Assembly: GCA_030059675.1 (NCBI GenBank)
Contig: JANVYQ010000003.1
Span: 64,001-128,000 of the forward strand
Direction of reading: 5' to 3'
DNA: 64,000 nt
Source: Candidatus Pelearchaeum maunauluense
Lineage (GTDB): Archaea; Thermoproteota; Nitrososphaeria_A; Caldarchaeales; Caldarchaeaceae
Made by a program: the position numbers and the translations under genes. Below the pieces are notes generated by a model. The model did no database searches. It was not told the origin of the DNA and was given only the letters and a program-made list of their open reading frames with translations. Positions within the stretch are counted from its first letter, which is position 1, and each line of letters begins with the position of its first letter. Shown here piece after piece: positions 58,767-64,000 of this stretch.

Positions 58767-59303
58767 ATCACGAGCAGGGGTCTATTTATAGGGCGTTTCC
58801 AACCGTTCCACCTAGGGCATCTGGAGGCAGTGAAGTATATCCTCTCTAGGGAGGATGAAGTTATTATAGGTGTGGGGAGTGCGCAGTATAGCCATACGTT
58901 TGAAAATCCCCTAACGGCTGGTGAGAGGATTGAGGTGATTTATAGGACTCTCAAGGCTTCTGGCGTGGATTTGGGGAGGTGCTTCATCACGCCCATACCA
59001 GACCTGGGAGAGCATATGCTCTGGGTTTCTAGGGTTCGCTCTTTCTGCCCTCCTTTTCAGACGGTCTATAGCAACAATCCGCTCGTTGCGCGGCTCTTCA
59101 GCGAGGCGGGCTACCAGATAAGGCCTGTTCCCCTGTTTGAGCGGGAGAAATATATGGCGACTGAGATAAGGAAGAAAATAGCCAAAGGCGACGATTGGCG
59201 TAGCTTAGTTCATCCAGCTGCTTATGAGTATCTGGTGAGTATAGGTCTGAGTGAGAGGATTAGATACATACTTGCTGACGACCGCTCGAGCGGGGGAGGA
59301 TGA
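58767..59303 (+). CDS. nadM: Nicotinamide-nucleotide adenylyltransferase (start codon uncertain, probably ATC 58767)
   Basis: In-frame RGLFIGRFQPFHLGH lies upstream of the called GTG (58830); then GSAQ.SH..ENP.TAGER and ATEIR. Confidence 0.9.
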   Translation: MTSRGLFIGRFQPFHLGHLEAVKYILSREDEVIIGVGSAQYSHTFENPLTAGERIEVIYRTLKASGVDLGRCFITPIPDLGEHMLWVSRVRSFCPPFQTVYSNNPLVARLFSEAGYQIRPVPLFEREKYMATEIRKKIAKGDDWRSLVHPAAYEYLVSIGLSERIRYILADDRSSGGG

Positions 59304-60084
59304 GCCTAATCTTATCGCCTGACCTGACACGATATTTATGCGCTGCATTCCCCATGTTTATCGCGAGCTCAAGGTAGCCTGTGCCGCCTATCACTAGGGC
59401 GGGCTTTCCGCGCTCCACGTAGCCGTATGATGGGACGAATGGGGCGGTAATTCCCTTTCCCTTGATGAGAATCTTAGCCCTTTTATTCTTCATGGAAATC
59501 TCGCTGTGGTGGATGTTTGTTATTATGTTTCCGAACTTATCAACCCTGAGAACAACAGCTCTTATCTCATTCCCATTATACTCTGGCTTTGGTATCTCAA
59601 TCCTGGCGTACTCAAATGTCCGTCTAGCGAAGCTTTCTATGTCCTCGCCCTTGACTATCCTTCCAGCAACCTCCGCAAATACATCCCTACCATGAAACGT
59701 TTCAGAGAACCGCGCTGGCAGCTTTGATGAATCTATCCACCACGCTTCTATAATCTCCTCAGACGAGGCCGCGGGATACATTACCCCCGTATCAGGCCCT
59801 ATGAAGACGTTCCCACGTTTAGTGATGAAGACTATTCCCCTCCTCTCAGTGCCTACCTTCGGGTCTACAACGCAGATGAAGATTGTATTCTCTGGGAAGC
59901 TTTTGGCGGCTTCCTTTAGTAGAAACGCAGCCTCAAACTCGTTGAAGCTCTCAACCTCATGAGTTATATCCACCAGCTGCACATCCCTTCTGTGGCGTAG
60001 TATGACCGCCTTAAGCTCGCTCACATAGGTATCGCGATAACCGTAGTCGGTCATCAAGGCTATTATAGGCCGCTCCATAGCCAT
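59260..60084 (-). CDS. SAM hydroxide adenosyltransferase (DUF62; chlorinase/fluorinase family)
   Basis: LMTDYG, DITH, VVDP.VGT.R, GPD.G, TFHGRDVF, DKFGNIITN. Confidence 0.92.
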   Translation of the reverse strand: MAMERPIIALMTDYGYRDTYVSELKAVILRHRRDVQLVDITHEVESFNEFEAAFLLKEAAKSFPENTIFICVVDPKVGTERRGIVFITKRGNVFIGPDTGVMYPAASSEEIIEAWWIDSSKLPARFSETFHGRDVFAEVAGRIVKGEDIESFARRTFEYARIEIPKPEYNGNEIRAVVLRVDKFGNIITNIHHSEISMKNKRAKILIKGKGITAPFVPSYGYVERGKPALVIGGTGYLELAINMGNAAHKYRVRSGDKIRLILPRSSGRQQVCI

Positions 60085-60161
60085 CTCCGAGTCTTGATAA
60101 AAGCCCTATGAATAAAGCTAGTGGTATGCTTTTATGGAGAGGCTCATAGGGGTAGGGAGCC

Positions 60162-60515
60162 TTGGGGCTTAAGCAGTGTATCGTCATACGTCGGGACCTT
60201 AGGATGAGTGTGGGCAAGACCGCTGCCCAGGCTGCTCATGCATCGGTGTCGGCGCTTGAAGAGGCTAGGCGGACGCGGCCTGAGTGGGTTAGGCTATGGC
60301 TTGCGGAAGGGCAGAAAAAGATAGTCCTAAAGGCCGATACAGCTGAGGAGATTAAGGAATTGGCGCAACTATGCGATGTGCGCGGAATCCCCTACAGCGT
60401 TGTCCAAGACGCTGGACTTACAGAACTACCGCCTGGAACTATAACAGCTTTAGGCATAGGGCCAGCCCCAGAAGAGATTCTTGAACCAATAACTGGGAAG
60501 CTTAAGCTCCTCTAG
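60162..60515 (+). CDS. pth2: Peptidyl-tRNA hydrolase Pth2
   Basis: KQ.IVIR.DL.MS.GK.AAQAAHA, GQKKIVLK, DAGLTE, TGKLKLL. Confidence 0.96.
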   Translation: MGLKQCIVIRRDLRMSVGKTAAQAAHASVSALEEARRTRPEWVRLWLAEGQKKIVLKADTAEEIKELAQLCDVRGIPYSVVQDAGLTELPPGTITALGIGPAPEEILEPITGKLKLL

Positions 60516-60525
60516 TGAGGACTGC

Positions 60526-61896
60526 ATGATGATAAGCGGCGAAGATGTGGAGCGTATATGCGGGATAGAAGCATACGCAACCAAGGCAGAGGGAATAGGT
60601 GGGGTATTGAAACATAAGCCTGAAGACTTCGTGGTGTGGGAGCATTTGGTTAATGGGCTTGATGCGCGGGAAGAATTTGAAAAACCAGCACCTAGGCCCA
60701 TCACATCACCTTACGCGCTCTATGCTGCTAGAAAGAAGAACCTAGAAACCCTCGCAGCCATAAAACTACTAGCAGAGCATCTAGACGTGAAAATATCCCA
60801 CATAGGTGCATGCGGTATCAAGGATAGGCGCTCCATATCCTACATGTTCCTCTCGGCACCCACGCGTAAGGTTGTGCAGAGCATAGATGTATGTTTTGGC
60901 GAGAAAGAGTTTGAGGTAAAGCTAGTCAGAGGCGTGGCAAGGCCGTTAAGCTCCAGATGGCTGGTGGCAAACTCCTTTGATATAGTAATATCACATACAA
61001 GCATGAGGGATGACGCTCTCATGGAAGCCTTCTCGCGCATTCTCAGCGAGCTTGGCGGGGCTTTTCCCAACTTCTTCGGCCACCAACGCTTCGGGATAAC
61101 CAGGCCAATCACACACCTAGTAGGAAAAGCAATACTCCACGGGGATTATGAGCTTGCCGTGAGGACGCTTCTCTTCCTCTCAACCCGGATAGAAATGGGC
61201 TATAACAGGGAGAGAAGAGTAGCCGCATACCAGAAATGGGGAAGAGGCGAGATAGCGGAATTCTTCAAACCCAACCTAAGGTATGAGTACATAGTTGCGC
61301 GGCACCTAGACCTGCACGGCGGAGATTATCTGGGTGCTCTCAGGAGACTTCCGCTAAGGCTGAAGAAACTCTTCATACACGCTTACGCATCCTACATATT
61401 CAACAAAGCTCTATCAAGAATGCTTAAGGAGGGCGTAATGCTCAACGAGCCTGAGGCCGGCGATATCGTGGGGAGGCTAGACCGTAACGGGCTCCTGGCT
61501 GGCAGGGTCTTCCAAGTGCATGCTGGAAACCTGGCAGCGTGTAGGAGGTACGCTTCTAAAGGCGAGCTTGGGGTCTTCTTACCAGTCGTGGGTTATAGGA
61601 CTATTATTCCACGGAGCGGGAAGGGCGAGATTGTACGGGAGGTGCTGGAGGAAGAGGGTCTGGAGCTGAGCTTATTCGCGTGCCCTTCCATGCCAGAGGC
61701 GCGCACGCCAGGGGAGTATAGAACGCCGCTAACACACTTCACTGGCATGGAATACCAGCCAACAGGCTATGGTGTTAGGGTTAGATTCACACTCCCACGC
61801 GGAAGTTATGCGACGATGCTACTTCGGGAATTCATGAAGCCAGATTCGGCGCTGGCGTATAGTGGAAGAGTTAAGAGCAAGAGCATAGGGGTATAG
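60526..61896 (+). CDS. truD: tRNA pseudouridine(13) synthase
   Basis: PEDFVV.E, GIKDR, PNFFGHQRFG, HAY.SYIFN, F.LPRGSYAT.LLRE. Confidence 0.93.
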   Translation: MMISGEDVERICGIEAYATKAEGIGGVLKHKPEDFVVWEHLVNGLDAREEFEKPAPRPITSPYALYAARKKNLETLAAIKLLAEHLDVKISHIGACGIKDRRSISYMFLSAPTRKVVQSIDVCFGEKEFEVKLVRGVARPLSSRWLVANSFDIVISHTSMRDDALMEAFSRILSELGGAFPNFFGHQRFGITRPITHLVGKAILHGDYELAVRTLLFLSTRIEMGYNRERRVAAYQKWGRGEIAEFFKPNLRYEYIVARHLDLHGGDYLGALRRLPLRLKKLFIHAYASYIFNKALSRMLKEGVMLNEPEAGDIVGRLDRNGLLAGRVFQVHAGNLAACRRYASKGELGVFLPVVGYRTIIPRSGKGEIVREVLEEEGLELSLFACPSMPEARTPGEYRTPLTHFTGMEYQPTGYGVRVRFTLPRGSYATMLLREFMKPDSALAYSGRVKSKSIGV

Positions 61897-61902
61897 CGGA
61901 AA

Positions 61903-62613
61903 ATGTATGTACAGGAGAGGCCAGGCTCACCCGCGACCTATGTCATAATAGCTGCCAACGTAATAATATGGCTCATCACAGCTCTCATAACAGCATCAGC
62001 GGGGAGAATGTACCTATGGATACTGTATAACTTCGGCGCAGTCCCCATATTGATAGTTAATGGAATAAACCTACACTCCCTAATCACTCATATGTTTCTC
62101 CACGACACCTCCAGCATCTGGCACATATTCCTCAACATGTACATGCTTTTTCTGTTTGGGCGTGATGTGGAGCAGACTTTGGGGACTTTCCGTTTCCTCT
62201 TGGTGTATTTTCTAAGCGGCTTGGGAGGCTCGTTCCTCCACATCTTCTACTTCACCTCCTTCTTCCCCACACCATCTACGACGGAGGAGCTGGTTAGATG
62301 TTTCCAGCTATCGCAGCCGCCTTGTGTCCCGTCTATAGGGGCTTCTGGAGCCATCTTTGGCCTAATGGCAACCTACGCGGTGCTCTACCCCTTCAGACGA
62401 CTCTTCCTGCTATGGGGCTTCTTCCTACCTATAGCGGCTCCAGCGATAGCTGTAATACTCGTCTTGGCGCTTATACAGACGCTCTTCATGCTGGCGACGC
62501 CTTTCAGCTCAATAGCCTACACAGCCCACGTGGGAGGCTTCATAACAGGGCTGGCGCTGGCGCTCCTCTTCAGGGCTACACACCTACGGCGGAGAATATA
62601 CTGGGAATGGTAG
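61903..62613 (+). CDS. Rhomboid intramembrane serine protease
   Basis: THMFLH, HIFLNM, GASGAIFG, AHVGG. Confidence 0.93.
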   Translation: MYVQERPGSPATYVIIAANVIIWLITALITASAGRMYLWILYNFGAVPILIVNGINLHSLITHMFLHDTSSIWHIFLNMYMLFLFGRDVEQTLGTFRFLLVYFLSGLGGSFLHIFYFTSFFPTPSTTEELVRCFQLSQPPCVPSIGASGAIFGLMATYAVLYPFRRLFLLWGFFLPIAAPAIAVILVLALIQTLFMLATPFSSIAYTAHVGGFITGLALALLFRATHLRRRIYWEW

Positions 62614-62779
62614 TCCAAAAATAGATTAAAATAGCCTGCATTACTTCAGTGAGCAGGCTCCAAAACCCAGTAGAGAGTGGATAACCATGCTGTCCAGCCA
62701 TTCATGCTCATTCTACGCAGGGCATAAAAAGACAGGCATCTTCAGCCTCCACCTAACCACATCCAAAAACATAGTGGAG

Positions 62780-63346
62780 ATGGTGGAGGAGGAGCGCGTC
62801 CCAGAGGAGGATGTTAAGAAAGTCCTAAAGAAATACGGGGTTGGTAGATTCTATAAACAAGAGACGAAAAACGGCATAAGCTACTTCACATACAAGTTCA
62901 AGAACTGGTCCCTCATAAGGTACTTGGTTAATTGGGGTAGGATGTCGTCGCTCTTCCCAGTACATCTAACAACCGCGTGCTGTAGCGTTGAGTTTGCTGC
63001 AACTCACTCGCCCCGCTACGACCCAGAGAGGTTCGGCTGGCTTCCAGCGACAGGCTCTCTGAGGCAATCAGACGTCCTAGTTGTAGAGGGCACGGTAACC
63101 TCTAAGATGGCGCAGCGCGTCAGGCTCATCTACGACCAGATGCCAGAGCCCAAGTGGGTAATGGCCATGGGAGCGTGTGCCATCTCAGGGGGGCTATATG
63201 CCAAGGATTCATACAACGTGATACAGGGGATAGATGATATAGTCCCCGTGGATGTGTATATCCCTGGATGCCCACCAAGGCCTGAGACACTCTTCCAGGG
63301 AATACTTCTCCTACGCGAGAAGATTCTCTATAGTAAGGCTATATAG
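62780..63346 (+). CDS. nuoB: NADH-quinone oxidoreductase subunit B
   Basis: TACCSVE, RYDPERFG, QMPEPKWV.AMGACA, PGCPPRPE. Start moved to ATG 62780. Confidence 0.95.
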   Translation: MVEEERVPEEDVKKVLKKYGVGRFYKQETKNGISYFTYKFKNWSLIRYLVNWGRMSSLFPVHLTTACCSVEFAATHSPRYDPERFGWLPATGSLRQSDVLVVEGTVTSKMAQRVRLIYDQMPEPKWVMAMGACAISGGLYAKDSYNVIQGIDDIVPVDVYIPGCPPRPETLFQGILLLREKILYSKAI

Positions 63347-63359
63347 GAGGTGAGTTAAG

Positions 63360-63851
63360 TTGGCTGAAACCGACCAGCTTACACAAATCGTAGAGAGCGT
63401 CAAGCAGAGATTCGGCGACGCGATTAAGGAGGTTATATACGAGCCCAAGAAAGCAGTAAAGATAGTCATAGACCAGCAGACATTCCGCGATGTGGCTCTC
63501 TACCTACGGGACAATCATGGAATAGACCACGTAAAGGCAATTACAGGAGTTGACCTCATAAAGCTACCTAAGAAAGAGGAGAAGATAGAAGTTATCTACC
63601 AGCTCGGCTCGTACTCTAGAGAAGAGCTCAGGAGATATGTTTTGAATATCTCAACAAAGCTTGATAGGTCTTCTCCTGAGATGGATTCCCTATATGATGT
63701 ATGGCCTAGCTGCGAGTATCATGAGCGGGAGACCTATGAGATGCTTGGTGTGGTCTTTAGAGGTCATCCAAACTTGCAGCGTCTCCTTCTTCCAGAGTTC
63801 TGGGCTGACAAGCCTCCCCTAAGGAAGGATTATAACGTCCCAGGACGCTAA
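63360..63851 (+). CDS. nuoC: NADH-quinone oxidoreductase subunit C
   Basis: ITGVD, HERETYEMLGVVF.GHPNL.RLLLP, PLRKDY. Confidence 0.93.
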   Translation: MAETDQLTQIVESVKQRFGDAIKEVIYEPKKAVKIVIDQQTFRDVALYLRDNHGIDHVKAITGVDLIKLPKKEEKIEVIYQLGSYSREELRRYVLNISTKLDRSSPEMDSLYDVWPSCEYHERETYEMLGVVFRGHPNLQRLLLPEFWADKPPLRKDYNVPGR

Positions 63852-64000
63852 GCTACTGCCGACGAATATAGCGGTGTTCTGGATATTATTGAGAGCGCTA
63901 CCCACTGAATCAGTAGTGTCGCTACTAGGAGAATGGTTGATAAGGTTAGGATGAAGTTGAAGAACGCTGTTCCTATCCCCAATACCACCACCGTCGGCGC
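63848..64000 (-). CDS. 3' end of a membrane protein (truncated by the window edge)
   Basis: Open hydrophobic frame ...APTVVVLGIGTAFFNFILTLSTILLVATLLIQWVALSIISRTPLYSSAVA*, convergent with nuoC. Confidence 0.5.
   Translation of the reverse strand, partial: APTVVVLGIGTAFFNFILTLSTILLVATLLIQWVALSIISRTPLYSSAVA

Noticed and set aside
1-64000. CRISPR arrays, IS elements, integrases, proviral genes and rRNA
   Set aside because: By eye I found no regularly spaced repeats, transposase, integrase or capsid-like ORFs, att duplications, or rRNA-like stretches.

Overview
Archaeal chromosomal segment. The gene content (Alba, L40e, topoisomerase VI A, proteasome beta, Dph5, CTP-dependent RibK, BHB-intron tRNAs, A1-type heme-copper oxidase, dispersed complex I genes, frequent TTG/GTG starts) fits an aerobic thermophilic TACK archaeon, most likely Caldarchaeales ('Aigarchaeota') or a related Nitrososphaerota lineage; this placement is inferred. 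Most of the window is intact housekeeping and respiratory genes: pheST, tyrS, aspS, class II RNR, nuoA/H/I/B/C, cox, accC-accB-meaB-mcm, thi genes, dinB, rtcA, nadM, pth2 and truD. The first ~5.6 kb is a decaying DUF2139 plus sugar ABC transporter block with many lesions. The best candidate for an undescribed system is a ThiR-type HTH fused to a diiron ferritin-like domain, divergent from an FTR1 iron permease, with a perfect 28-bp palindrome next to the FTR1 TATA box. Other notable items are an unannotated H/ACA-like RNA, a ~134-aa insertion in NuoI, a split CoxB, an SRPBCC/site-2-protease-like fusion, a nadM with no canonical start codon, two intron-containing tRNAs, and an amber-interrupted DUF4349 gene with a tripartite operator-like repeat. 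I found no CRISPR array, transposase, integrase or intein.
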